64,000 bases of DNA from Octopus vulgaris (lineage: Eukaryota), in assembly GCA_951406725.2 (NCBI GenBank), contig OX597816.1, forward strand, positions 144,088,001 to 144,152,000, read 5' to 3'. Shown here in pieces: positions 26,686-41,168 of this stretch. The position numbers and the translations under genes are program-made. The notes beneath the pieces are model-generated. The model was not told the origin of the DNA and ran no database searches. It was given only the letters and a program-made list of their open reading frames with translations. Positions within the stretch are counted from its first letter, which is position 1. Each line of letters starts with the position of its first letter.

Positions 26686-26716
<31 letters not shown>

Positions 26717-28077
26717 ATATATATATATACACACACACATGCATATACATGTGAGTGTGTGCATGACAATTAGCATTTCCATATCTCACATAAGACTTGT
26801 GTGAAGGAAAACAAAGCAGTAGACATGTTTACATTTCCAGTGAACATTACATCTTATAGCTTCATTATCAAAGTGGTGGAATAAAAAACTCACATGGAAA
26901 ACAGAAAAGAGTTGGCAATAGGAAAAGCATCTGATTGTAAAAATACTACCTTGGAATAAGTACCAGTCGAACTCATGCCAACATAGGAAAGCAGACATAA
27001 GATAAATAAACAAACAAGCAAGTCTTTTATTACTTTTATAAATTAAACTTCTATTTACTTTCAATTTAAAACTGAAACTTCCAGCTAGAATCAAGCAAGT
27101 CTCCTGTAGAGTAAAGTATGCAATCTGAGTAATCTGGTGAGAGTCTGTTTTGACAATTAATGCAAAAGAGAATTTGGGGAATGTTGATAAGGTTGAATTG
27201 TTGCGAGGAGAGAAAATTCTAACACAAGTAAAACACAAAACTTATCATCTTATTAAAAACACAAGTAAAACTTATCAACATTACATAAACTTTATTTTTG
27301 GTTCTAATGTATTATATCACTAGTAGTCATTTAATTGACTTTCATTGAGGAGTAGAGAGTAGAGGCAACCTCAAGAAGATGGTACTTGGAAAGAAGAGCC
27401 ATACACAAGACAATCTACCACTTCAAAACATAATTGTCATTTCTTAAACAGTTGGCACAAGGCTACCAATATGTAACGCATAACGAAGAGTAAGAATAAT
27501 AGCTTCAGTTGACTCCAAGTACTTATTTTAATGATCCCAGAGGGATAAAAGCCAATCCTACTTGAAAAATAAAGAATGATAGTGATCTGTTTTACTACAA
27601 GGATACATATTCAATAGTTATCAATTTAATCAACTCACAATTATTTGGCTGCTATTTTACCAACTCTAAAAGGATAAAATGCAAAAATCAAGCCTAGCAA
27701 GTTTCAATTCAAAACATGAAGTAACATAGCTAAAGAGTACAAGATATTTCATCCCTCATTCTGTCAATCCTGACATTTCACTAATAAACATTCCTCACAC
27801 TACCAAGAGACCAATTTACCTTAGTATATGTCTGGTATACACTTTATTGATTCTGAGATTAGAATTAGGGGAGCAGGCATAACTGTAAGGTTAAAATATT
27901 CCCCTCACAACTACATGGTTCAAGTTCAATTCCAGTGCATAGCATCTCCCATCTCAGACATACCTGCTCCCACAGCTTCAGGTAAAACAAAGTCTTGCAA
28001 AGGAAATTCAATAAATGGAATGACATGAAAGACCATAAGAGAGACTGCTCCTGTTTTTTAATGCTTAAAACTATCAC

Positions 28078-28144
28078 CTGGTCTCTTAGTGCCTCTTGCT
28101 GTGAGTATTCTGGTTAGATCTCCAGTCTGAGGATAACTTCCTCT
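28078..28144 (-). CDS. Candidate 67-nt coding exon (RGSYPQTGDLTRILTARGTKRP), product unknown
   Basis: tactttttag|AGAGGA...GACCAG|gtgata; only one of three frames open; unique, more GC-balanced sequence. Confidence 0.45.
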
Positions 28145-28346
28145 CTAAAAAGTAATCTCATGATTCATATTGGATATGTATTTTTGTGTGTTTCAATCAC
28201 TATAAGAAATATATGACGCTACAGCTTGGCTAGGGATGAGTAATAAATGACAGTACCAGAAACAAACCACTACATCATGTGATGAATAGAAAACAACATC
28301 TGCTCAATAAATAATATTATTTCAAGAGCAGCAAACACAAGAAACA

Positions 28347-28790
28347 GCATCATCATCATTGTCATTTAACATCTGCTTTCCATGCTGGCATGGGTTGGAC
28401 GGTTTGACTGAGGACTGGTGAGCCAGAAAGCTGCACCAGGCTCAATCTGATCTGGCAAAGTTTCCACAGTTGGATGCCCTTCCTAATGCCAACCACTCCG
28501 AGAGTGTAGTGGGTGCTTTTACGTGACACTGGCACGAGGACCAGTCAGGCAGTTCTGGCAATGACCACACTCAAAAGGTGTTTTTTATATGCTACTTGCA
28601 CGGGAGCCAGTCCAGTGGCACTGGCAACGACTACACTTGAATGTTGTTTTTCATGCATCACTTGAAATGATCACGCTCGAATGGTGCTTATGTTGTTTTT
28701 CATGCATCACCGGCACATGTGCCGGTAAGGCAATGCTGGAAATGATCACGCTCGAATGGTGCTTTTTACATGCCGCCAGCATGGGAGCCA
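28347..28790 (-). mobile_element. RTE-related 3' UTR/SINE tail with tandem subrepeats
   Basis: (CAT)n tail, ttccatgctggcatgggttggacgg, ggatgcccttcctaatgccaaccactcc; same family at 31341-31657, 52130-52352, 53230-53478. Confidence 0.8.
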
Positions 28791-30569
28791 ATCCATGATA
28801 TTTTTTTACCTTCTTACATTTTCCCTAAAGCATAGATTTTATCATACTTACCAAAGCAGTAACAAGAGAATGTGTGTGTGTGTGTGTGTATACAGCTAGT
28901 TTGTCGTTTTCCCATGCTAGTTTGGGTTGAAATTTTTTGTTTCTTTTTTGCAGTTGAGTTTTTTCCTATTGCTAATCCTTATCTGCTTTTCAAGGAAGGG
29001 CATTCCTTAAAAATTCCATTTATCTTTCAAAGTGCAGACCTGGAGGACATTCTGTTGACAGAGAATGCTAACATGTCACCATTTCTTTTTTTCTTTTTCA
29101 TTAATGTTTTCATGTAAGGACACAAAATGTAAACAATCACATACATACATATATACATGTGTGTGTGTGTGTATCAGATAAAATAGAATCTAAAGCTTCC
29201 ATAGAGTTTTTGTTTATTAATTCTATATGCAAAGTGCTAGTCAGCTCAAGGCTACAGTAGAAGTCACTTGCCCAAGGTGGCACGCAGTGAAATAGAACTC
29301 AAGATAATGAGGTAACAATGTGAATTCTATCCACTCAGCCATTTATAGACATAGAACCTGAACACAGTTAAGATTTGGAGGCAGGGAGAGTGACTGAAAT
29401 GTAGTGTGGAATATAGAAAATATAGTCAAGAAAATCCACACTATAGTTTCAATTCTTCTAAAAGTGATTATTTGCATACATGTGCGTGTGATAATCATTG
29501 TCATCATGTTAATCTGCACTTTTTCCATGCTTGCCTGAGTTGGACAGAATTTTTTGAGGCAGATTTTCAACAAGAAGAAGCCTATCACCAACCTTCACCT
29601 ATTTCCAAGTAAGATAATATTTCCCCCATGGCCCAACAGGTTTTCACAGAAGATGAAAATGAAGGAGAGTTGCATGTGCATTCATTGCACATTCAAGTAA
29701 CCCCAGAATCTTTGACATAAATTGCTATTCATTATGCTACAGAGTAGAAAATGATGCACTAATCCACAGCCAATATTCAGAAAAATTAGTATTTACTACA
29801 AACAAGTAACAGCAGAAACTTCAGAAACATGGACACAGTTTAATCTTCTTCAACTACACAAAATGACAATCAATGCATGTACCATAGAAACAGTCTTCTG
29901 GTTCACTTTCCCTTGTCGTAAGCAAGACATAACAAAAGCCTTTAAAATCACAACTACTATGCTACACAGTCATTGATGATATTTCCTAGCAATTTCAGTC
30001 AAAGCATAGTAAAATCTTTCCAAAGAGTAGTTGTACTTTTCAGACCATTAAAATACCCAAGCTCCAAACATCTCTCAAAGAGGCTCAAATAAAAATTGCA
30101 ATGGAAAACTCCCTCCCCACCATAGAGAATGGTGCTGCTGTTACACACAGAGATATTACTGACTGCACCCAAATGAAATACATCAAACAAATTAGCATAA
30201 AAACTTTTTCACCAACACACTGCAACAGTCAGAGCAATGATGTAGTTTCTTTGCCCTAATTCTTCTACCACAACTATAACAGCCTAACCTTTTAGAGTTA
30301 GCTAGTTATTTGCCACCTCAACCCATGAACACTCATCATGCCCATTTCTCTGCCTCTCATCATCTATTCAGTTTCCTCTTCCAGGTCCTGTAATAACCAC
30401 TATTTTCAATCTTTTTCTCCCAATACATCAACCTTTTGGAATTTCCAACCTACACATGCTGTTCCAATTAGTATCAACTTACTTCTGTTTGAACTGAACA
30501 TCAGCCACATCAAATAGACCAGTCTCTGTAAAAGTTATATCCTTCCAACCAAAAGCATAAAATAGAAAA

Positions 30570-31060
30570 AAAAAACTCTACAAATACTAGGAGAAATATA
30601 ATATAACCCACAATATAATGATTAAAATGTATTGTAAAATATTTTCTCTTCTTGATTAGAAGATAATTTCCAGTTGCTCAAGAACAGCAAAGGTGAAATA
30701 TGTTAAGGGACATCAAGAGTCCTACTGCAAACAAACACAATTCAAAAGGCAATAATATGCTTTTGCCAAAATATAAAGTTTTGCCTCTAAAAGGTAAATG
30801 TTTAGAAAAATATATTGTATACCATACTGAGGTCCCCACTAATATTATGTCAACAAGCTATATAGTACTCGTAGAGCACTCCTTCAAAGATGACATACCC
30901 TAGCACAATATAGCTCATTCCATATCACTAAAATAACATCACATGACTTCCAAAATACAGTGGGAAATCAGAAGAGGAAAGATAATTCAACAGTATTTCT
31001 TGGAAAAGACTAGATAAGGTTCCAGCATTTAATAATGAATTAAAATCTTGTGGTCCTAAT
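30570..31060 (+). pseudogene. Penelope-like element remnant (RT thumb/linker + GIY-YIG endonuclease)
   Basis: ORF 30700-30903 LPLKGKCLEKYIVYHTEV...SYIVLVEHSFK matches the PLE pattern CPLxGxCL...VY...YIG..E..FK; downstream ISWK.LDK.PAFNN..KSC. Confidence 0.75.
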
Positions 31061-31340
31061 TATTGCCACCCTACACCAATCCTCAACAACAGAAATAAAT
31101 TTATTTAATACTGACAACATAATTGCACATTCTTTCTCATGAACCTCAAAATAGACCCACTGGTGAATAAAAAAAAATTATTTAATAAAAATTATATTAA
31201 ATGGCAGTACAGGAAATGGTATTGTAATTCGTCATCAAAATCAGTTGCTTGTGATTGATTGAATTAAACCATGTTTCAGCTAATATATATTCCTGTATAA
31301 CACTATACTGTATTCAGTACTTTTATATATATATATATAT

Positions 31341-31657
31341 ATCATCATCATCATTTAGCATCCGCTTTCCATGCTGGCATGAGTTGGACGGTTCAACTGG
31401 AGTCTGGGAAGCCAGAAGGCTGCACCAGGCCCAGTCTGATCTGGCAATGTTTCTACAGCTGGATGCCCTTCCTAATGCCAACCACTCCATGAGTGTAGTG
31501 GATGCTTTTTACGTGCCACCAGTACAGGTGCCAGACGAGGCTGGCAAACGACCACGATCGGATGGTGCTTTTTACATGCCACCAGCACGGAGGCCAGGCG
31601 AGGCTGGCAATGGCCACGATCGGATGGTGCTTTTTACATGCCACTGGCACAAAGGCC
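31341..31657 (-). mobile_element. RTE-related 3' UTR/SINE tail
   Basis: Same family as 28347-28790. Confidence 0.8.
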
Positions 31658-32385
31658 AATATATATATATATTGAAATATTTAAAATGAAGCCATCACTC
31701 AGAATTAAAGATTACTTAGTAGTATAAACCAAACTTACTATTAATTGTTTTAGGTGTCTACATAGTTGCAAACATATATAGACATGCTCTCAACTTCCCA
31801 CCATTGACCCAGTTAAATATCCAGAATCTAACAGCCAGAGGGAGAGAATGATGCATCAATACATGATTGATACTCATTTTAGCCAAGTAGACAGAGGCAA
31901 TGTCAAATGAAATGCCTTGCTCAGTCCAGAAATTCAACATATGATATACAGCCAACACCCAAGTCACAAAGCTACACATGCACATACATATAGGCATAGG
32001 CATGGCTGCAGAGTTGAGTGGTTCATCTACCAACAACATGGTTTCAGATTTAGTCCTACTTCATGGCAACTTGAACAAGCCTCTTCTTCTCTAACCTGAA
32101 GTCCACTAATGCTTTGTGAATGGAATTAATAGACATAAACTGAATGGAAGCTTGTTGTGTATCATCATCATCATCATAGTTTTAACAGCCACTTTTTAAA
32201 TGCTTGCATGAATCAGATGGAATTTGTCAAGGTAGATTTTCTACAGCCAGATGTCCTTCCTATTAACCTTTACCAGCTTCCAAGCAAGGTTATAATTTCC
32301 TATATCCAGACATGTTTTCACAGAACACTGAAAACAAAGAACACCCCTTGTATGGTACTATCACATGATGCCAAGATAAGGAGAT

Positions 32386-32432
<47 letters not shown>

Positions 32433-32487
32433 CATATATAAAAATATACACACACACACAAGGTTTTGCAAAAATATGTGACAGTCA

Positions 32488-32632
32488 CAATACTTAAAGA
32501 AAGATGTTTTTAACTATTTAAAAAGAATTTTTTTGAAAGAAAACTTCTTTCCAAAAGATTCAAGACATTCTGTTTTTCAAAAAAGAAAATCTTTTTAAAT
32601 AGTTAACTAGAACATATTTCTATGAGTGTGTA
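32488..32632. repeat. Imperfect inverted repeat/hairpin
   Basis: aactatttaaaaagaatttttttgaaa ... tttcaaaaaagaaaatctttttaaatagtt. Confidence 0.7.
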
Positions 32633-32827
32633 TAATGTATGTGTTTATGTATGTATACACACACACATGATGAGTTTCTTACAGTTTCAATCTACAAAAT
32701 TCATTCCGAAGGCTTTGATCAGCTTTTGGGCCAATAGTAGAAGACACTTGCACAAGGTATTACACAGTGAAGTTGAACCTGAAACAATATGATTCTTATG
32801 TGAAATTCTTAACCACACAACAGTGAG

Positions 32828-32861
<34 letters not shown>

Positions 32862-32928
32862 TATATATATATATAGACACACACAGACATACAGATACAC
32901 ATTTTGTAAAGTAAGAGTTGTAAAATAT

Positions 32929-33140
32929 CTATTTCAAATTTTGGCACAAGACCAACAATTTCAGGGGAGGAGTAAATCAATTACATCAACCCCAATTTTC
33001 AAGTGCGAGTTCTTTTATCAAACCCAAAAAGATGAAAGGTAAAGTCAACCTCAGCAGAATTTGAACCCAGAATGTAAACATGGACAAAATGCTGTCTAAC
33101 ATTTTGCCTGGTGTGCTAACAATTCTGTCAGCTGCTGCCT
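32929..33140 (-). mobile_element. Nin/Deu-type SINE with TSD
   Basis: taagagttgtaa(a/g)atat flanks at about 32912 and 33141. Confidence 0.8.
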
Positions 33141-33242
33141 TAAGAGTTGTAAGATATTGAAATATATCTTATGTAATGCAAACATTGTCTGATACAGAAC
33201 TCAATATAGACTTTTGATGTAATAAATATATCTATATAAATA

Positions 33243-33404
33243 GGCACAGGAATGGCTGAGAGGTAAGTAGCTTGCTTACCAACCACATGGTTCTGGGCTC
33301 AGTTAAACTGCATGGCACCTTAGGCAAGCGTCTTCTACTATAGCCTCAAGCCAACCAAAGCCTTGTGAGTGGATTTGGTAGAATGAAATTGAAGGAGGCT
33401 GTCG

Positions 33405-33405
<1 letters not shown>
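33243..33405 (+). mobile_element. tRNA-derived SINE (5' half)
   Basis: ggaatggctgagaggtaagtagcttgcttaccaaccacatggttc...ccaaagccttgtgagtggatttggtag. Confidence 0.85.
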
Positions 33406-33440
<35 letters not shown>

Positions 33441-35104
33441 TGTACATATATAAAGTGGTGGTGTATGGCCCGTCATGAGGTTTAACATCGATTTCCAGAC
33501 TTGGCTGTATGTTGTGTTCTTGAGCAAGATACTCTATTTCATGTTGCTCCAGTTCATTTAGCAGCAGAAATGAGTTGCAATGTCATTGGTGCCAAGCTGC
33601 ATTGGCTTTTGCCTTTCCTTTGGGCAGCATTAGTAGCATGGAGAGGAGAGACTGATATGCATGAGCAACTGCTGGTCTTCCACAAAATAACTTTGCCTGG
33701 ATTGTGCCTCAGAGAGGAACTTTCTAGGCACAAACCCATGACGTAGGTCTTTACTCTTTTATACATATGAAATAACATACACAAATATATACATATAAGT
33801 ATGCATATATACACAGATATTGACATATGTGTATACATTCATATAAATACATTATGTATCTTCTGTGAAACATGTCAGACCATGGGGAAATATTACGTTA
33901 CTTAGAAGCTGGTATCAGGAAGAGCATCCACCCATAAAAATTCTCTTTCAACCAACTTTGTCCAATCCATGGGAGCATAGAAAAATAGACGTTAAAACAA
34001 TTTATATATTACATATACACAGAGAAATGTATATGATTGTGAAAAGTATGTATATATTATATTTGAGGACACCTATACTAAATTTTTACCTGTCTAATAT
34101 TACCTATTGTTATCTTAAACCCTATGCAAACTTATTATTCTTCATATAGTCCTTATCATTTTTTTTACTTCGTTCGAGTTGCAGGAATCGGACCTCAATT
34201 ATCTCCCTTATATTGCATATCAACTATCCAGAGTACATGAATCTCCTTGATTTTCCATTTTATTATTATTATTATTATGCTATCTTAATTGGTAATTTGC
34301 CTGTAGATGTAGCTCTCCAGTTTCCACGAAGCTTTCGTTCCTATTTACCTCTGTACATGCTAGAGTTTAGTTGTCTTCAGTTTACTTCATTATGTAATTT
34401 CTCTATACCTTGTTGGAGGTTAATATTTAATTTTTTACTGAATGAATACTAATGCTGTAATGGTATTTCTCATTCTTCCAGTCTTTGGATATTGAAAATT
34501 TACTCAATCATCCACTCAAACTGTTCGAATTTCTTTACATCTAGAACTTAGAATATATCTCAGTTATTCTCTTTGTTAATTCCAGAGGCATTTTGTACTT
34601 ACTACATTCATTGTTTTTATAAGCTCTTAACTCTTACACTTTCAGTTTGACAAACCACCTTCGCCGAGACTTCGAAATCACTGTCGTTCTTTCTGTTTAT
34701 GATGAATTTTTTTTTTTTTTGGGGGGGGGATTTAATAATTTTTAAAGTTGTTATATTTAAATTTTAAGAACACTGTGTGCATCCTGATACATACTGTCCA
34801 TGCATATTGTAAAAAGTAACTTATAAGGGTTGGCAACAGGAAGGGCATCAAAAAGGAACCATATGTATGAGACTTTGGCCTGCAAGGCAAGCAATAGTTA
34901 ACATTTAAGAATTAACAATCCGGGTGAACTGACGAGACGATTTAGAATGAAAAGACGAGCAATCATCATTGTGTTTTTTTAATTATTGTCATTATCCTCA
35001 TTTTTTTTCTTTTTAATCAATAGAAAAATAATAAATGCAAATGCACACATTTGTGTGTGCGTGTGAGTTAAAGTGAGAGATAGAGAGTAAAACAGTACTC
35101 ATAC

Positions 35105-35244
35105 ACAGATGCTCATTATTGTTAACCATTTGGAGGCAAGAGAAAGTTGGCAGCGCCGGTTTCATTTCCCGGTGGGTCATGTCGCTTCAGTTAGATAGCA
35201 ATAAATTACTCTATTGGAAGTTGTGACGTCTTACTTTATCCACA
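35105..35244 (-). other. Candidate exon with possible start codon (gcgacATG at 35180; MTHREMKPALPTFSCLQM...)
   Basis: CpG-containing unique sequence; tttatag| acceptor; donor uncertain. Confidence 0.25.
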
Positions 35245-36761
35245 CTATAAACAGGAGGCACATTGTATATGAAGAAAAAAATTGTTATTCTTCTTTACAT
35301 AAAAGAAACAATCGTTTTCATGGAAATTATTATTATCATATTATCATGTAATTTTGATCAATTTTGTCGCTCAGCCTCCCAGAATTATCAAGTATCAACA
35401 AAACATTTCAATAAGCTGTGTTCTGTTGCAAAAATGTGTAACCATGTGCCAATGTTAGAAACCATTACCAAATAGAACTGATGATAAGGTTGCCTCTACG
35501 TGCTCTCGCGACTTGCTAAGGGCTAAACAACAATGATAACTTGTTTTCTTAAAACCCAACTCAGTTAAGAAGGCAACGTGTCTATATTTAAAAAAAAAAT
35601 CATTACTAATAATACTAAGATTTTTAAAAATTCATTGTCGTATATTAAGACAGCTCATAGTTCAAATTTTAGCGGAATTATGTTTAACTTTTAACTCACC
35701 AAGGATCAATAATGCAATGTAATAGTAACACATACTGGTGTCACATTAACTGATTATTCCCCCACCCTATCTCCACTCCCATTCAAAAATTTGTCGAATG
35801 CATAATAAACAAATATTTTAAAACAACTCACATTTGACTCAAAGAGATTCATTTAGCGTGCAAATAAGCAGCGAATACCGGTCGCTTGGGTTGATACAAG
35901 ATGAATCGATTAAATATCGTGTTCTTTTAAATATAGGTGCTTGGAGGTGCTAGAGTTCTTTAAGCTAACCATAAAATGACCAGCGATTAGGATCGAAGAG
36001 TGAAATAGAGCAGGATAGTTGTTTCCATGCTGCCTGAAGCAGTATGTCCAAAGATAGTGGAAACAGCGCAAGCGATTACTTCTTTCTTACTCCCCATCCT
36101 TTTCTGTCTGGTTCCGTTAGTTCGCATCGTCTAGCCAGTCGTCTGTGTCTCCTTGTCACTGACACTCCAAACACTCCCCTGTTCAAACACTCTACTCTTC
36201 ATGTAGAGCTGCACCAATACAGCATTTTCATCTTTATCGCCATATCATGTTTTTTCCGTATAAACTTTTATCTCTTTTTATGTAACAATTTTTATCCTTT
36301 CTTCTCTTCCGTAAATCACACTAGACACCAATATTTTTAGGCAGCAAATAGAAAAAAACCACAACAATAACAAAAGCACCCGGCTTCTGTCAGTGAAATG
36401 AAAATAAAGATGCAACTAAGAAAAACGATAATGATTTATCTAACAATTATTAATTAACAACAATAACACTGAGAAAAATAGCACAATATTTTTTGATTAA
36501 AATATTCATCAAAACCCTTAATATAAACATTGCGTATAAATACACAAGTTGTATGTGTGTGTGTGTGTATATATATATATATACAATGTGTGCATGTACA
36601 TATCAAACCAACTTGCCAGTGTAATTAAGAAACAAATATAGGCGAAAAAATATTGACTGGAAAGTTGTTTTAGCTGATTTACACTTTTTGTTGTTATTGT
36701 TTTGGAAAGGAAAGTGGGAAGTGAATAGTTTAAGGAATTTGTTTTTAAAAAAATCTCTTAC

Positions 36762-36960
36762 ATTTCAATGTAGTCGTTGTATGAGTAATCTATAATCTCC
36801 GACCGATTCCTTCCATCTGGACACCGAACGATGCCGGTAATGTTTGTATTCTGATAACAATTACACGATACAAGCAAGGTACTCCAATGTCGCCGTCTCT
36901 CGCGTTAAGGTGAAAGCGAGAGACGAGCACTAATCGACAGACACGGTTATCTCCCTTCTA
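36762..36960 (-). promoter_or_regulatory. Candidate promoter / non-coding first exon of the minus-strand gene
   Basis: Local CpG enrichment in a CpG-depleted window; donor ttgaaat|gtaaga; 10-bp hairpin cgtctctcgc/gcgagagacg. Confidence 0.45.
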
Positions 36961-39567
36961 CAGTCATTAATTAGCCTTTCTTTCTCTTTTTAATTTGTTT
37001 GCTTTTTTATTTCGCTTTTAAAATCTTTTAAATGTATTTTTACTTTTCTCTCATATTCCTTCTTTCATTCGTTTGTTCTTTTTTGTTTACTTTTTTTCTC
37101 TCATTCTCCCTCATTACCTATTCCATCCACGCACACGTATGTTTATGCATGTATATGTGTATAAATTTACTCTTCTTTAAATACGGTTTCTTTCGCTACT
37201 TAGTTCTTAAATGGTTTCACCTTATTCTCTCACTCCCTCGCTCTCACCTTCTTTCTTTCTGTTGTTTTTCTTCTCTCTCTCTCTCTCTCATTTTCACATT
37301 TATTTCCTTGTTCTTCATCGATTTCTCATGTTCTCTCCGCCGCTTTCCTCATTATTTTTCTCAGTTAAATTTCACTGACTTTTTTCTTTTCTTAACCCTT
37401 CTGTTTTTCTCCTATTCTCCAAATCTCCCCCCCCCCTCCATGTTACTTCCTCTCACATTCCTTCCCTTCCCTTCCCACCTTTTCGTTCTAATTACAGATA
37501 TGTAGGCCACTTCTTGTTACTCAACACTCCTTTTACTCCTTTAGCAGTGTTTACTTTTGATTCCATCACTGTATTTTTAAAATTACTATTATTCTTTTTT
37601 CCTGATTTCATTTTTACGGTTTTCCCGACATAAATTGGTTAATGATATACACTTTCGTAGTTTTGTTGTAGCTTATTCTTTACTTTATCTCTTCTTTATT
37701 TTATCAGAATAAGTAATTCTTGTCTGTAATTTTTATAAACATTTTGTCCGCCTCGCAAAACCAGAAGGAATAAGGGTGCAAGGAGACTTTTGAAGCATGT
37801 AGACGATTAAAAATTAGGTTTTAAAACTAAATGAATTTATAATTTAGTAATTCTCAAAATGTCTGAAAGCGGTTAACGTTATCGAATGATAGGAATATAT
37901 ATTTTCGAAACTAAGTGAATAAATGTTGAAAACATAATTTCATCAATGCAGAGTTTCGGAATAAGCACCACCATCACGCAACTTTTATCCCCCTTTTTTT
38001 TTATATATATATATATATACTCGGATATCTATGTTTTAAACATTGGAGATTATGCTTCTGCAGACAGAAAAATAAAAATTGAAAATTTTAATTTGTTCAT
38101 TTCCATTCTCCTCTTTTGCGTCTGAGAGTGTGCAACCGACCGTAATAGGTCATGAAGTTCTCAGTAATGTTTTTCATTATACATTAAAAAAAGCAAAACC
38201 AGTTTTCAGATTTTTCTTTTAAACATTTACAGATTCAAAATGTGCCGAAAAAATATCCGAGTGGTAATATTTCTTTTACATATTATTTTTAGAATCGAAA
38301 AACGTATATAAATATGTAGAAGTGTTGTTTGAATTTTTTTAAATTAAAAAACAAAACGTCCAGTTGCGTATTCTGAGATGAAATAGGCAAAAAAATCATG
38401 ACATTTTGTAAATTTTTTCAGGGGTGTGGAGAAAGAGAGATAGAGAGAGTTACAATCTCTCTTTTTTAAGCAAAAATTCAAAAGATTTTTACAAAAAGTT
38501 ACGGGATGGGGGCTTACTCCGAAACTTCACATTTATCAGAAATATTACTATATCCCATTCAACAACTGATACTCGAAACAAGAGACAAAAAGTTTTTATA
38601 TGGTTTCAAATAACTTTACAATCTTTTTCTCACATACAACACTTAATGTCATTGACAAAAAGCATAAGCGTCATTGTTTATCGTTTTCTTAGGGTAAGGG
38701 GAAATAGCAATGAGAATCTGTAACGTAAGCAAAGAGGTTGCACGTGAGAATCAAAAGTAGCTGCATACTTGGTCAAATACTGGGATCAATGTAATCGACG
38801 AAACACTCCTAAAGCGTGCGTCCTGATTCAAGAAATTTTGTATGATATTTAGTTACGGTCTTTTTAACATTCTGAGTTCAAATTCCAATGAAGTCAACTT
38901 TTCTTTTCAAACTTCCAAGGTCAATAAAAAGAATATTGGAGCTCAATATTTGAATGCGGTGATGAGCATGGCCACAATATAAAAAGTCATATGTATGTAT
39001 GTATGTATGTATGTATGAAGAGGGAGGAGAAGAGGTTGTTGGTCAGGAGAGTAAAGGAGGGAGCGGGTGGAACGGATGAGGAGGCGGGAAGTGCGGGCTA
39101 GGGTGGGCTCGATAAGGTGGGAGGAATAGGGAGTGGCGTGGACTTCAAGAGGAAGCCACGGGGTGTGACGTGATGGCTAGAGTGGCGAGTTTTTTTAAAA
39201 AGCAAGTGAGAGTTTTTTTTGCGGGTTGCAAGCATTGTGGGCGGGTGGGAGAGGCAAGAAAACGGCAAAGAAGGGATTGGCGGTGTTGGAGGAAGGGGTG
39301 GAGGTCAGGGATGGTGAAAAGGTGTGAATGTCGGTGTAGGTGTAAATGGTGGCAACAAAAAGAGAAAAGTGGGAGTGGAAAGAAAGAAGGAAGGTAAAAA
39401 GAGGACGAGAAAAAGTGGCAGAGTCACTGACAAATTTTGGATGATTTCCAATCACGATTAGAGTGGCATACTCCGGATGAATAGTAACAGTAATCCGCAG
39501 GTGTAAAAATTCCAGGAATTGGTTATCCAAGTCAGTAAGAAGGCCGGAGTCCGTATGAGCGTGCAGT

Positions 39568-39725
39568 AGTTCAAATTCCGCCGAGGTCGACTTTGCCTTT
39601 CATCCTTTCGGGGTCGATTAAATAAGTACCAGCTATGCACTGGAGTCGATGTAATCGACTTAATACCTATGTCTGTCCTTGTTTGTCCCCTCTATGTTTA
39701 GCCCCATCTGGGTAATAAAGAAATA
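39568..39725 (+). mobile_element. 5'-truncated Nin/Deu-type SINE
   Basis: gttcaaattccgccgaggtcgactttgcctttcatcctttcggggtcg...aataaagaaata. Confidence 0.85.
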
Positions 39726-40044
39726 GTTATATATAGTTAATCCAAATATGAACAAAGAGAGTATATTATGTCTGTCTGTCTGTCTGTATGTATGTATGTC
39801 TGTATGTATGTATGTATGTATGTATGTATGTATGTCGCAGTCTTTTGTCGTTTACTTGTTTCAGTCATTAGACTGCGGCCATGCTGGGTCATCACCTTCA
39901 AGAATTTTTAATATATCGACCCCAAGATTTATTTTTATCAGCTTAGTACTTATTTAATGGTCATTTTTGCTCAACCGCTAAGTTGCGGGGACGTAAAGAC
40001 ATCACCGAGTGTCCAGCGGTGGCGGTGTGAGACAAACATAAACA

Positions 40045-40692
<648 letters not shown>

Positions 40693-40928
40693 TCAAAATA
40701 AGCAACATGACATCAAGTAGTGATGCAGTACGACCGTTTCAAGCGACTCCATTTAATTGAACAATGCAATCATTACATCAATTTAAATGCAATGCCATCA
40801 TCAATAGCACAAATAGATAAATAGAATTTTAACTAGTCGGACACATTAAAATAATTTTTCTCAAATATTTTAACAGACCAAGAAGATGGAAGAAAATCTT
40901 TTTGTCACTATTATAGCTAAGGATAGAC

Positions 40929-41015
40929 TACACTTCCAAGAATCGCATGAAGCCTATTGGGGTCATAAAATAAAGTTATTAAGGGATTGTAATTCGTGCG
41001 ATTCTTGGAAGTGTA
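40929..41015. mobile_element. Tiny MITE-like inverted repeat (TA + 21-bp TIR ... TIR + TA)
   Basis: tacacttccaagaatcgcatgaa / ttcgtgcgattcttggaagtgta, one mismatch. Confidence 0.65.
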
Positions 41016-41134
41016 ACCGATTATTACCAATTGGTTGATTACCAATGAACAATTAGGGACCTTCTGTGTTTGTCTCCCATCTGGTTGTACACTCAGTATA
41101 CGTTATGTCGTTTGTTTATTTACCATACATTTTT

Positions 41135-41165
<31 letters not shown>

Positions 41166-41168
<3 letters not shown>

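Noticed and set aside
39422-39470. Hammerhead-like layout on minus (cact...tgattggaaatca...aaaatttgtc-agtg)
   Set aside because: Both CUGANGA and GAAA are absent; too degenerate to claim.
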